DNA of 64,000 nt from Lama guanicoe (taxonomy: Eukaryota). The DNA is taken from assembly GCA_013239625.1 (NCBI GenBank), contig MU056000.1:13033175-13097174 (forward strand), given 5' to 3'. Within the stretch, counting starts at the first letter, position 1. Each line of letters starts with the position of its first letter. The translations under genes were made by a program, and so were the position numbers. The notes below the pieces were generated by a model. The model ran no database searches. It saw nothing but the letters and a program-made list of their open reading frames with translations, and was not told where the DNA came from. This document shows positions 13,760 through 26,290 of this stretch, in pieces.

Positions 13760-14000
13760 GAATTTGTCTGGTTCCCCATTACTTCACCAACATTGGATTA
13801 TTTCAGGTGTTTTAAGCTTTAATAATTAAAAACCAAAAATAATAGCTTGTGTTCTTTTCCCTTTGCAATTCATTATTAGTGAGGTTGAACTTTTTTTTTA
13901 TAAATGTACCAGTTATTTGTATTTCTCTTTCTGTAAATTGCCTATTCAAAGTCAGCATTTATTTTTCTACTGGGTTGTTCACTTCTTTAAACTTAGATGT
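13760..14000 (-). mobile_element. L1ME-like fragment
   Basis: attagtgaggttgaac...atttgtatttctctttctgtaaattgcctattca, typical old L1 ORF2 3' reverse complement. Confidence 0.6.
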
Positions 14001-14004
14001 ATGT

Positions 14005-14005
<1 letters not shown>

Positions 14006-14034
<29 letters not shown>
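14006..14034. repeat. (CA)14 microsatellite
   Basis: Seen directly. Confidence 0.95.
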
Positions 14035-14037
<3 letters not shown>

Positions 14038-14539
14038 TATGTAAAATATTAATATTTCAGCTTATTAGTATTAAAATATATTTATCAATATTTTATCATT
14101 TAACTTTTTAATGGAATCTTGTACAGATAGTTTAAATTTATAAATAGATAAATATTTCAATTTTTCAAGGTTTAATATGGACAATTATAAATTATGACAA
14201 AATATTGATTTTCCTACAATGTTTCAGCATAAAATTTTCACCCATTATCTGTCATCTTCTATTCTTACCAACCATGAGGATGACTTTTAATGTGTTCACT
14301 CTCAATTAGTCTGTTGCTATAGAACCCAGTTATCATTTTGAATTAATCTTTTCTATGTAAAGCATTTTATACATTTATTTTAATGGATTTTTCACTTTGT
14401 CATATCATTGATATGTTCATGTTTATGGAATAACTTATTATTTTTCTCAGTAACGTATCCTCACCTGCTTTTATTTATTTTTCCAAAATGCTAGTAAGAC
14501 ATCTCAAAAAATTAAGTAAAAAAAAAAAGAGAGAGAATT

Positions 14540-14700
14540 CTATAGTCAAACAGGTTAAGGGATTATTGTATAATATACATTCTCTGCCCCTGTTCTGATC
14601 ATTTCCAGAGACAGTCACAAGTCACATTAAAAGCTCTGAGAAGTCTTGCAGTAGAAAAAAAGAGTTTACCAAGCATTTCTCAAATTTATATAACTATATG
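14540..14700. mobile_element. MER103-like hAT-Charlie DNA transposon remnant
   Basis: attaaaagctctgagaagtcttgcagtagaaa...ccaagcatttctcaaattta matches the recalled MER103 core. Confidence 0.65.
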
Positions 14701-15026
14701 TTTTTTTCTTATTATGGCCAGATAGCCAATACAAAACCCTCAGAAGGTTTAGTCTGAAGAGAAAACTCATTAACATAATGATGACACTGCTCTTCATTTG
14801 GCCTCAAAATACTTCTCCATTTATATCACCCTCTGTGTTGCCAATACATTGACACGGTAATCATAAAAAAAACACCTGCCTTTCTTTGCTTTGAGAGCAT
14901 TCTATTGTACTGGTTTATGTGGTACTTCATTCTCCATGAATTCTTTTTAGACAGATCTGACCTTCATTAGAGGCATAAAAAACGATCCCTACATGAAGAC
15001 ATTCAGTTTCTTCTCTTGAAAAGTAA

Positions 15027-15216
15027 TTGTGCTGCACACCGGAAATTGACACATTGTAACTGACTGCACTTCAATGAAAAAAAAGAACCAGAAAAATGAA
15101 GACCATTTTTTTTTTTAGTTTTGCCTGTTACACATTTCAGTTCCAGCTAAATGACATGAAATGGCCTTTATTTTAGAAAAGATAGCAATAAAAATATAAA
15201 ATAATGTGGAAAAAAA
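15027..15216 (+). mobile_element. Severely 5'-truncated young L1 3' end plus probable 3'-transduced flank
   Basis: tgtgctgcacaccggaaattgacacattgtaactgactgcacttcaat + A8 (15077-15084), then non-L1 sequence, AATAAA (15187-15192) and A7; flanked by gaaaagtaa at 15018-15026 and 15217-15225. Confidence 0.75.
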
Positions 15217-15894
15217 GAAAAGTAACCTCTCTTTCAATATGTGTGGCATTTTAGAACACACATGGTAGCTAGCTGTACAATGTGGAGAAGTGGATATTTA
15301 ATGGTAAAACATCCTGTCGACAAGCTCATTTTATGCAGTATTTACATCATGGTACCAGTCACAGCACATGGTAGATGTTCAGTTGGATTTAGAACTAACA
15401 CTCTGTGCAGTGTAAGGAAGGTAGTGGGTACGGCTGCCTTAACTTGTCTCTCTCTCTATTAACACTTCCTCTCTCAGTTACTTATTCTTGTTCTGATTAA
15501 ATATTTTAAGGTGAGACATCCTTACTGGTTCTAGTTACTTCCTTGAGAGACAGAAAAGAGAGAGAAAACAATTTTTCTGCCCAGAGGAGGAAAGTAATCA
15601 ATACCTTAGTTAATTTAGGTCATGGTTAAATGAGCACAAGCTATTCACTCATTTGTGTGTCTTAAAAATCAGTGATTTTTGAAATGAGTCAGTCAGCCTA
15701 TACTAAGATGAATTTGTTACTGCGTTTTGGATATAAATGTAGAGTACACAGATTATCTTCAGTGTTGTCTTTGAGAAGTTACAAACATTTTAATGATACA
15801 TTTCTCAGATAAAAAGGGCTGATTTCTCATATGAGACAATTACTATATTTTGTGCCTCTGGCTCACTTTACTTCTCCTTGTATCCCACTGACTT

Positions 15895-16325
15895 TGTTAA
15901 AAAGAACGCCACAGCCCCAAAATGGAGTCACGTTTGCTCGACCACATCAGCAAACCCAGGCTTAGGGCTTGATACTTAACCTAATGGAAACTTCATTTGT
16001 CCCCAGAAATGTAGCCTTAACCTGTCAGTCAGGAATTTCCTGGTCTGCACCAATCCAGTTGTCTGTCACGTGGGCCTTCCTTATCCCCTAAAGGAAGATG
16101 AGGTGATGTGCTGCATAGACCCCTTCCATCCCCTGTAGTTTACCTAAACCTGAAATAAACTTTTTTTGCTTATGACTTCCTTGTCCTTGCTTGTAAAAAT
16201 CTTTCCCTTTCTGGAGTCCTCTGGATCTCTCCTCTGCTCTCTACATGGGATGCTGTCCAATTCATGAATTGTTCAATAAAGCCAATTAGATCTTTAAAAT
16301 TTACTCAGTTAAATTTTTTTTAACA
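15895..16325 (+). mobile_element. Solo ERV1 (MER4-group-like) LTR
   Basis: TGTTAA...TAACA termini, aaaatggagtcac near the 5' end, attcatgaattgttcaataaagccaattagatcttt poly(A)-signal region. Confidence 0.85.
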
Positions 16326-16734
16326 ATATCTTTTTCGTTTTGGCAGAAAGATCTAAAGCTGGGATGATAATTAAATGTCATGAGATCTCTGTGATTTCCC
16401 AATACTTGTGTTATTTAGAGATAATGCAAATAATTAAATAAAAGCTGTGTTTATATTTAAGTAAAATAAAGAATTAGAAAAGATAATGTCTAAGTTCCCT
16501 ACCACATTGGTAATTCTCTAAATTATAAATCTTCCAAAAAAATTTTTAAAAGAAAGCAATGAACTTGGCAGCAGTGTACATAAGATTAAGAGCCTGAGCT
16601 CTGAAGTGGAACATCTAATGTTGTTGTACAACTTCACTTCTTAGAAACGAAGCGGCAACGGACATGTGCATTTAATTTACTGGAATAAAGTTCTTCAAAA
16701 TAGATCTTTACAATCTGATGAAATAAAATTCATA

Positions 16735-18019
16735 TTTTAAGGCAAGACAAGAAAAATTTAAACAAAAATTTTCTCTGCTCATTTGAGCCTCCTCCTTCCC
16801 CTCCAGCGTGTGTTGTGCACCTTTATTTTGCATTAACCAGACTTCCCCAATGGAAGAAATATATACTTATCTATAAAGATCAATTTTTCTTCTTCTGACA
16901 CCAGCCAGGCGACTCCTTTAAAGATAGCATTCCTTTCTCAATCCTGTAAGGGTTCATGATGACCCACCACTCACGGTGTACATGCAGACATCTTTGGTGA
17001 ACTTTATGTACAATGCCAATAGATCATTTCCCTCACATTTAGCAATTGGTATGGAACAGACTAGATCAGATGACCTGGGCAGATACTGGACTGGCTGCAA
17101 CTAATGGAAGTTCTTAACCTAAATACTTACTTATGATTTTACTAATGTTACTGGCTATATTACTTACATTCTGCCTATTTTACAAGATTATTTCTTACAT
17201 TACCAAATGTGTTACTGAGCCTCCAATGAAAATGTTGATGACTAGGTGACTTGAAGCAATTAATCAATTATAGGATTCAGTGAGATCAATGACTGTAACG
17301 GTGTGACTCTAGATATGGGAAGAAGCAACAGAGGCAATTATTTCCTGGACTGTAACAGGCTAGTAAGACAGGTGGTCCAGAGGCTTCAGGCTACTCTTAA
17401 GAGGGCTTAGTACAGTAATAGCACATTGAGTGAGTTATCAATGAAATTCTCACCTGACCTGCTAATGAGCTTTTCTAGGGCCACGAGACAAACTGGTCAC
17501 AAAATGCTTCCCAAATCTTGGTTGAAATTAAGACCAGAAGAGAGGAGATTGTAAAATCAAGAATGTTGCCCATAATCCAGTTCTACAAGATTCAAGTCAT
17601 TAGCCATTGTAGTTGCTGACCTACAATGCACCCTGAAAGGAATTCAGGGTAAAGATCAGGATGAGGCACTGTGTGCTCTAGGAAAATAGACAAAACTGGC
17701 CCTAAGATAGTTAGGTATTTTCAGGAGAAAGTTTTATGAACCCAGTTTCTTGCATCTTCCCATACCTAGGAAAGCACCAACACCATTAACTAAGATATCT
17801 GTTCCTTGAGAATAGCAGTAACCTTCTCCCAAGATGCACGCTTCACTGCATGCACTCCTTTGCCAAAATGACATACACACTGGCCTCACCCCTTACATAT
17901 TCGGAACAGTCCTCAGAGCTTTGTGAAAGACTGTCTCCCAGGTTATAATCCTCAGGTTGACTCGAGCAAAATTTTCCACTTCTTTCTTAGCTTGACTAGT
18001 GATTATTTTTTCATCCACA
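16735..18019 (+). mobile_element. ERV1 remnant: LTR-like 5' piece + env 3' end + polypurine tract + 3' LTR (17550-18019)
   Basis: 17124-17249 reads YLLMILLMLLAILLTFCLFYKIISYITKCVTEPPMKMLMTR* (env TM/cytoplasmic-tail-like); PPT agaagagaggaga 17536-17548 sits just before TGTAAA; LTR ends ...CACA. Confidence 0.8.
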
Positions 18020-18109
18020 AACCCATTTATTGCCTATTTCCATGTCCCCTCTAACATGTCGGATATCAGTAATGGGCACCCTCTCTCTTTTGATCCTGAT
18101 TAATATGTA

Positions 18110-20300
18110 GATGACTATTGATTTTCTCATTCATTTCAAAGAAACAGCTTTTGGTTTTATTGACTTTTCTATTCTGTTTCATTTTCTCTTTCACTTAACT
18201 TTAATCTTATTTTTAATCTATCTTTTTCCTCCCATCTACTTACACTGAGCATAATTTGATCTTCTATTTCTAGTTTCATAGGACGGCAAACTAGACGCTG
18301 ATTTTAGACCTTTCTCTAACATAATCATTGAAAGCTAAAATTTGCGGCAAAGTACTGCAACCCGTAATTTTTGATAATTTGCATTTTAATTTTTATTTAA
18401 TTCAAAATATTTTAAAACTCCCCACGCTATTTCTTCTTCTTTCTAATTTTTTAGAAGCATTCTTTACTTTTTCTCAGTTTTACTGAGGTATGATTGCCAT
18501 ACAGGCACTGTATAAATTTAAGGTGTACAGCACAATGACAGAGAAGTGTTATTGAATATCCAAATACTCATTGATTTTCCGAATACTTTTATTTAATTGA
18601 TTTTATTTCATTATTGTCGGAGAACATGTTCTGTGCAATATCAGACTTTCACTGAGACATTTTATGATACTGGTTATTGGCTATCTTGGTGAACATACTA
18701 AGTGCATTTGAAAAAAAATTTTCCTCTGCAGTTGTTGAGGTGGTGCTGGTGTCTTCTATATCCTTGTCCATACAATTTATCAGTTTACTGAGGAGTGTTG
18801 AAATAAATCTTCACCGAAAGTTGTGTGTTTATTTGTTGTGGTTTTAGATCTGTCACTTTTTACTTCATGTAATTTGGAGCCCTGTTATTAAGTTCATAAA
18901 TAGACATTTTGGACTATTATATCTTTTTGATTAATAGTTAATCCTTTATTATTATGAAATTCCTCTCCATGCCTATGATAACATCATGTTTGGAGTCTTT
19001 GCCTGATGTGAATGTAGCTATCCAGATTTATTATGATTAATTTGTACTGTTACATCATTTTTCTTTTTACTTTAACCTATCTTCATCTTCAATTAACATA
19101 TGATTCTTTTAAACAGTGTGTAGTTGGATTTTGCTTTTTATTCCAGTTTGAAAATATCTGTCTTTTAGTTGGGGTGTTCAGTCCCCAACTATTTACTCAT
19201 ATTTACTTAATGTAAATATCATATGGTTAGATTTCAGTACACCACCTGGTTATTTGTTTTTAATCTGCTTGATTTTCCTTCATTTACCTCTTTTCTTGTC
19301 TTTTTAGATTTATAATTGGGTATATTTTAATAGTCTATTCTATCTCCAATATAGTCTATTAAAAGCCCTCTTTTTTTTAAATTTTAGTGGTTCCTTGGGT
19401 TAACAGTATGCATTTTATCATATCGTAATCTATCTTTAAATAATAACAAAGCTCTTCACATATAATGTAAGGAGCATATAACTTAATACACCCATTTATC
19501 CCCTCTCATCCTTGTATAATTTTTATCTTACATTTTAGTTCTACTTTTAATTCTACACATTGTATATAAGTACAATAATACATTGTTATTATTTTGCTTT
19601 AAACTGTCATTTGTCTTTTAAATAACTTTTAAAATGTAAAAAATTCGTCTTTATCCTTCCCCACAAATTTGCTATTTTAGAGCTATTTTCTCCCCCCAGG
19701 ATTCCATCTGGTGTTATTTTTCTTCTGCATGAAGAATTTCCTTTAACATTTTCCATAATGTAGATTTGTTGGCACTAAATTTTCTTATAGTTTCACCAAA
19801 AATATTTGGATTGGCTAAGGATGTTCTTTAGTAGTTTCCTCCAAAAAAGCTTGTATGCTCAAAATTATTCAACTATAGGATTTGATTTTGAGGACTATTA
19901 AGTTTATTTTTGGCTCACAATTTATTTTCAAAAAGATCATATGACTATCACACCATTGTCATTTGTTCTTGAATTTTATTATGGAGTTACCAGAGCCTGA
20001 TTTTTTCCCCTTAAATTTGCCTTACTATTTTCCCCTAATTGCCCATAGAATTTTTTCCTTAATTTTGAAGTTCAGTAATTTAATTAATGTATATCCCAGT
20101 GTTCACAAGTTTGGGTCAGTTTTTTCCTCACATATTGAATGCTCTTCCTTGGACGGCATCTTTCTCTTTTTTTCAAGGCATCTTTTAGAAAATGTTCCTA
20201 AATTATAAATATTTATGTTACTATAATAGTTGAATTTAATTTTAAGGGTTCTGATTGTACATATATTGAATGAATTTTGTGTTTTGTATTTATCATTTCC
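18110..20300 (-). mobile_element. Ancient L1M (L1MC/ME-type) ORF2 5' and ORF1 remnant
   Basis: aaagaaacagcttttggttttattga, tatcttggtgaacat...gcatttgaaaaa, ctgttattaag, tttccataatgtagatttgttggcactaaatttt: decayed antisense L1. Confidence 0.8.
18462..18541 (-). mobile_element. Short L1MA-type 3' tail inserted in older L1
   Basis: cagttttactgaggtatgattg...cactgtataaatttaaggtgtacagca; flanked by agaagcatt/agaagtgtt. Confidence 0.65.
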
Positions 20301-21008
20301 TCTAAAATTAAATACATATATATATTTCCAACACATTTTGTTTACTTTTCTCATTTATAGCGTCTACGTCTCTTATTTCCTTAATGCCTTTTCATCCATG
20401 GTTGCTTCAATTTTATTTTATTTCTGTGAAATAAATTTACTTTTTCTCATACTTTTTTTCCGAAGTTCTGCCATCTCCAATTCAACTACTTCTACTGTCT
20501 TTCAAAAATTCCATGTATTCTTGCATTTCTACTTTATGTTCTTACTTTTTAGAATTGATTGATTTATATTTCATGAAAAAATATAACTTCAACTGTCCTT
20601 TTCTACATGGCAACATTTATCTAGTGAGTAGTTCTTTATCTGTTATTAAGACATGCTATTCTGTTTCCCTTATTAGTAAACTATTTTTACCTAGATATTT
20701 TATTAACTTTTAGTTATTCATACTGAACAGACTTCCTACTTCTCCACTTTCTACTCTGTGTCTTTTAAAGTGATTCAATTGGCTATTACAGTCCTGCTAT
20801 TAATTGGCATCTATCTATAGTTCTGCCAACATTAAGTTTGCATATTTTTGTTTTTCCTTCCTCTCGATTTTTCCTAAACTTTCACATGCATAAGGGGGAC
20901 TTCAAATATTCATGTGCATATTAAAATTATCTCTTTTAAGGTTTTTTTTAATCACCATGTTTATTTATTATGTTCTATTACAAAATAAACCACTTGATTA
21001 AATTTATA

Positions 21009-21175
21009 CAATTTGACCCTTGCAGATCCATGGGTTCTTCATTTGCAGACTCCAGCAACTGTGAATCTAATGAACAGCCACAGACCTAGTAAACATCTGA
21101 TATGAGCATCCGTGGATTTTGATATCCATGTGGGCCTCCTGGAACCAGTCCCCTGGGAATATAAAGGGGTGACTG
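21009..21175 (-). mobile_element. MER2-like TcMar-Tigger MITE
   Basis: gagcatccgtggattttgatatcc...cctggaaccagtcccc...gggtgactg is the MER2 5'-end reverse complement; degenerate TIRs with TA on both sides (21007-8, 21176-7). Confidence 0.8.
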
Positions 21176-23116
21176 TATTCTCAAAAGTACTTGGAACTCC
21201 CCCACCATATTTTTCACCTTTTGACCTTCCATCATATGCTTTTTGGAAAACATTTCCAAGTATTTAATTAAATGGCAACAAAATCTCAGCAGTTTACAGA
21301 ACTAAGTTAACTACTAAATCCAGAGTCCAAAGTCCAAAGTCCTTCTACCTCAATCACCAAGATTTCACATTGTCTTCTTGTGTTGCACTATTTTTCTCAG
21401 GCATGTGTAACGATGGACTATAAAGTGTTACAGTGAAGGCATGAGAGTTTTCTTTTTTTCCTTTTGTTTTGAAAATCCCCAAAGTATATATACATCCATT
21501 TGTGTTATGATGTTCCAGAATGGCTACCCAATGCCACATTTTTTGGAAGTCTTGTTTTCTGTTTCAGAAACATTTGAGAAAAAGGGGCTATGGGGAGACA
21601 TAATGAGGTAGGGACTGCCTGCGGGCATCGCTTCATAAAGCAGGCTGGTTAAGAGAAATATATTTGAGAGTCCCTGCTTCAAAGCCCCTATGTGGGAGTA
21701 ATTGATAGGCTAATGTAAATTCTAATTGCCATAAACAAAATCAGCATAATTTAAGATATTTAAAAATATCTTGCTACACTAACATACTTTACATCTATAA
21801 TGACTTTTAGCTTTTTCTTCTTTCTATATTTGCATATTCACATATCTCCTCTGAAAACATATCCCACTGAAGGCATATTTCAAACTCAAATTTGTTTTTG
21901 TTTGTGGGATTTGAAAGATACAGCAATGACTGGGTCATAAATTTTGCCCTGTGATTGGATTCATCTTGTTTCCATGGTGATTAACAGGGAGCCCAGTTGC
22001 CAGCCTATTATATGTAACTTATATGCAGCTACTGGAACTGGAGCCAGATTTTAGTTAACTGTACTTCTGCTGAAAAGAACTTAGATGTTGTTGTTCCTAC
22101 TAAGGCTTGGCTTATTGAAATACTTACTAATAGCACTTTTTCTTACTTTTTTCGTATCTACCCCACCAACTCCTCACTAATAAGAGTAGGTGAGACCTTG
22201 ATCCCCAGAAGACACCAGTTCCATAAGAAGTCAGCTTTACTTTGGAGGGAAAAAAATGATCTTCTAGTTTTTGGAGGGGAAAGGATGGATCAGACAGGAA
22301 GGTGATTAGAACGCATTAACAGGATAATATCATCCCATACTGGGATAAAAGGGTCATAGTTTCTGAATGCAACAGCTTCGGGGAATAGGATGTACATTCT
22401 TCTGCCTCTGTTTTTTAAAGAATTTCCCCTGAACAATTCAAAATAGGAAACAAATTGTCAGAGCAGTCCATAAGACAAAGAGAATTTCATGCTCAGCATA
22501 GCATGTATATTTTATATTTCTCTCTGTTTTCTTTCAAACTCAACCAATGACTGTCTGGTTTACACGGCACATCCATTCGGGCTGCCGGTAGTGGTGAGCC
22601 CTGGGTGTAGGTAAGAAGGTGATGAGAGAATGTAAACAATAATGAAATTCATTATAATCTGTCTGATTTTAATTAGCACCATGAACTGGCAGTTTTGAAC
22701 AATTGCAGCGATGAAACACACCTCTGTGCCAGGATGGACAGCTCCCACCATCTGCACTCCCATCAACATACCACTGATTGAGGAATAATTGATACCAGTT
22801 CAATCACGCTGGCCATTTGAAGCTTAAAGTCGATTCATCAGGAAAGCTCCTGGAAGCGGTAGTCTCTGAGTCCTTTCACCTTCAAACATGCTTGTTTGTT
22901 TTCACAGCCTTCGTAACTAAAGATAACATTGACTCAATGCAAAATTATTTAGCCACACTTTCTTTCCTATATTAACTTAAAGGTGCCGATTCATTGCTTT
23001 CTGGAATAGAGAGGTACTCGGAGACACTGATGCCAATCTGAACTTCTTAGTCATAATTGCTTGGACGCCTAACTGATTTTTGGTTTTGGAAAGCTGATGA
23101 TTTTTGCATTTACACT

Positions 23117-24910
23117 TTTTAATTAATAGATTTTTTTGAGTAGTTTTAAGCCTACAGAAAACTTGAAAGGAAAGAAGTTTCCTTCTCCCCACTCACTCTG
23201 CCCCTCCTACTGTCTCCCCTATTAACATCTTGCATTAGTGTGTGACATTCACTGTAATTGGTGAGTCAATATTGATAGATGATTATTACATGAGTGTCCA
23301 TAGCTTACATGAGGCTTCACTTTTTGTATTGTACATTCTATAGGTATTGACAAATGTATAATAACAGTTATCCACCATTACAGTATCACATAGTACAGTT
23401 TTAGTACCCTAAAAATGCTCTCTGTTGTGTCTGTTCAATTGTCCCTTCTCCCCCGCCACTGATATTGTTACTGTCAGTGTAACTTTGTCTGTATGTGACT
23501 ATTTCAGAACGGCTTCTTTCACTTAGCAATAGGCATTTAAGATCCCCCCATGTATTTTCATGATTTAAAAGCTCATATCTTTTTAGCGTTGAATAATATT
23601 CCATTGTCTGGTTGTATCACTGTTTATCAGTTCACTTACTGAAGGACATCTTGATTGCTTCCAAATTTTTGACAAATATGAATAAAGTTGCTATAAACAT
23701 TCATGTGCAGGTTTTTCATGGACATAAAATTTGAACCTTTTTGTGTATATACCAAGGAGTGAGATTACTAGGTAACATAATAAGAGTGTTTTGCTTCGTA
23801 AGAAACCACCAAACTGTCTTCCAAAGTGGCTGTATCATTTTGCATTCCCATTAGCAATAAATGAGAATTCCTAATGCTCCACATGCTTGTCAGCATTTAG
23901 TGTTGTCAGTGTTTTGGATCTTAGCCATGCTAATAGATTTTCAGTGGTATCCTGTTATTTTAATTTGCAATTTCCTAATGAAATGTGATGTTGAACACTT
24001 TTTAATTTGTTTATTTGCTATCTGTGTATCTTCTTGAAAAAGTATCTGTTCAGGTCTTCTACCGATTTTTTAAATTGAGTTGTTTGTCTTCTTATTGTTA
24101 ACTTTTTTAGAGTTCTTTGTATGTTTGGATATTAGTTCTTTAACAGATACGTGTTTTGCAAAGATTTTCTCTGTGTCTGAATTGTCTTATTCTCTCAACA
24201 ATGTTTTTGCAAAGAAAAAGTTTTTAATTTTAAAGAAAACTAACTTTTTTTTTTACTTTCTTGCTTTTTAGTTTTTGTATTTATTTTAAAAAATCATCCT
24301 CATATCCAAGGTCATCTAGATTTTCTCCCACATTACCTTCCAGGAGTCTCACATTCTTGCGTTTTATATTTAGGTTTGTGATCTATTTTGAGTTCATTTT
24401 TGTGAAGGCTGTAAGATCTCTGTCCAGATTCTTCTTCTTCTTCTTCTTCTTCTTTTTTTTTTTTTGCATGTGGATGTTTAGTTGCTACAGCACTATTTGT
24501 TGAAAGCGTACTCTTTTTTTCCATTGAATTATCTTTGCTCCTCATTAAAGATCAGTTGACTGTATTGTGTAGGCCTATTTTGGACATTTTTCTGTCCCAT
24601 TGATCTATTTATCTAACTTTCACCAATATTACACTGTCTTGACCACCGTAGCTTCATAAGAAATCTTGAAGTTGAGTAATTTCAGTCCTCCCATGTTATT
24701 CCTCTCTGAGAATATTGAATTGACCCTCGTGGATGTTTTGCCTCTCCTTTAAACTTTAAAATCTCTTTGTGGATCTTCACAAAAAAGCTTTCAAGGATTT
24801 TGTTTGGAATTTGGTTAAATCTGTAGATCAATTTGGGAGAAACTGACATCTTGACAATATTGACTTTTCCTATCCTATTCATGAAATATCTCTCTATTTA
24901 TTTGGATCTT
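23117..24910 (-). mobile_element. L1MC1/2-like LINE, 3' UTR and ORF2 3' part
   Basis: 3' UTR attaacatcttgcattagtgtg...tgtacattctatagg...ccaccattacagtatca; ORF 24682-24882(-) IGKVNIVKMSVSPKLIYRFNQIP resembles L1 ORF2 (IGRINIVKMAILPKAIYRFNAIP). Confidence 0.9.
24429..24465. repeat. (TTC)8 + poly(T) tract inside L1
   Basis: Seen directly. Confidence 0.9.
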
Positions 24911-26290
24911 AAATTGATTTAAAAAAATCTGATAGTTTTATGAAAATAAGTTTCAGAATTTTCTGAGGTATACAGTCTGTGTTTTGAATATTTAGTTAAT
25001 TATTGTTTATTATTTTATGAACATTCTATGGAACAGTAGTTTTTGGTATGAGTCTGTTCCATCACTTTGGTTTTATATTTTTGAACTGCTGGTCAATGTG
25101 TGTTGGTCCCTTTGTCTGCCTTCTATAGCTATTGCTTTCTCTTGAATTCACTTTTATTCCTCTCTCCATTTGTTTCTAAATTTCAAGAATGATTCTTTCC
25201 ATCTCTTACAGCTAAACCAGTAGCCATTACACTTGCTCTTGTGCTTTTTCTAATTTTTGTCTTGACTTCTGAATTTTGTTTTCTTTTACTGGTTTTCTGA
25301 GTTTTGTGTCCCCTCTTCTTACCTGATTTTTCACATCAACATCCCCATTTTGAGTTTTTTAAAAAAATCTGATTTATCTTATTTCTTGATAGTTTCTATT
25401 ATTTTTAATGACTTGAACCCATTTTAAAATTTAGGCCACTTTTATTTTGTGGCTTTGTCTTTCTAAAGTGTTTTATTTTCTATGGAGACATTGTTACGCC
25501 TGATTATCTGTATACAGAATTTGTTTGCAGCTACTTTTGTTAAGGATTTTAAGTGAAATAAATTCTTCTGTTCTTTTAGTTGGGAGGAAAGGGGCAAGAT
25601 AACATTTCCATTTCTATTGCCCTAGAATTCTTTTATATTATTTTCACTAAGTAATCAGTCAAAGAAAAAAAGTACTTCTTACTTTCTGAGATCTGACTTA
25701 TCTGCTTCTTCCCTCACTTCCATCTGTACCTTCTGTTCCATTTGTCCTGGAGAGTTTCCGTATCATTTTCCTTTGAGACTAAGCTTTATTCTGGAAGAAA
25801 GATTCAGATTAATAGTTTCTAAAGTGCCTGGAGCTCAGACTGCTTACAGATTATTCTAGGATCCCCTTGCATTTAATTCGCCAACTGAATTCTCCTGAAG
25901 CTCCTCCTAATTTCAGCTGCTCAGAGGTGTTTGTGTGCTCACAGAAGGCTTCTCATCTCCCATCCGTCAGGTACCGCTTTGCTTTCCTTTGCTTCCTAGT
26001 GCACGTAGACTCACAGCACATGGGTCTTGCAGCTGCCCTGCTGTGCCTCCACCTACCCGTATGCTGTAAAGTTTTCTTGTAGATATTGTATTTATTTGTT
26101 TGTTTTTTTTAAATTTTGCAGTGCTACATGTTCTGCCTATTTTTATTGGGAGATTAAGGAGTTTCAGAAACTATGCCACTCTTGCCACCATCTTCCCCAA
26201 ACTCATAGACTTTGCAATACTCTTTAAATGCTCTGTGGCTCAAGCTGGATGACACCCTCACTACTTTGCACTCTTTTCTCAGTAGGTGGC

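Noticed and set aside
24333..24545. Poly-Glu/Lys and poly-Phe ORFs
   Set aside because: These are translations of the (TTC)n/poly(T) microsatellite inside an L1
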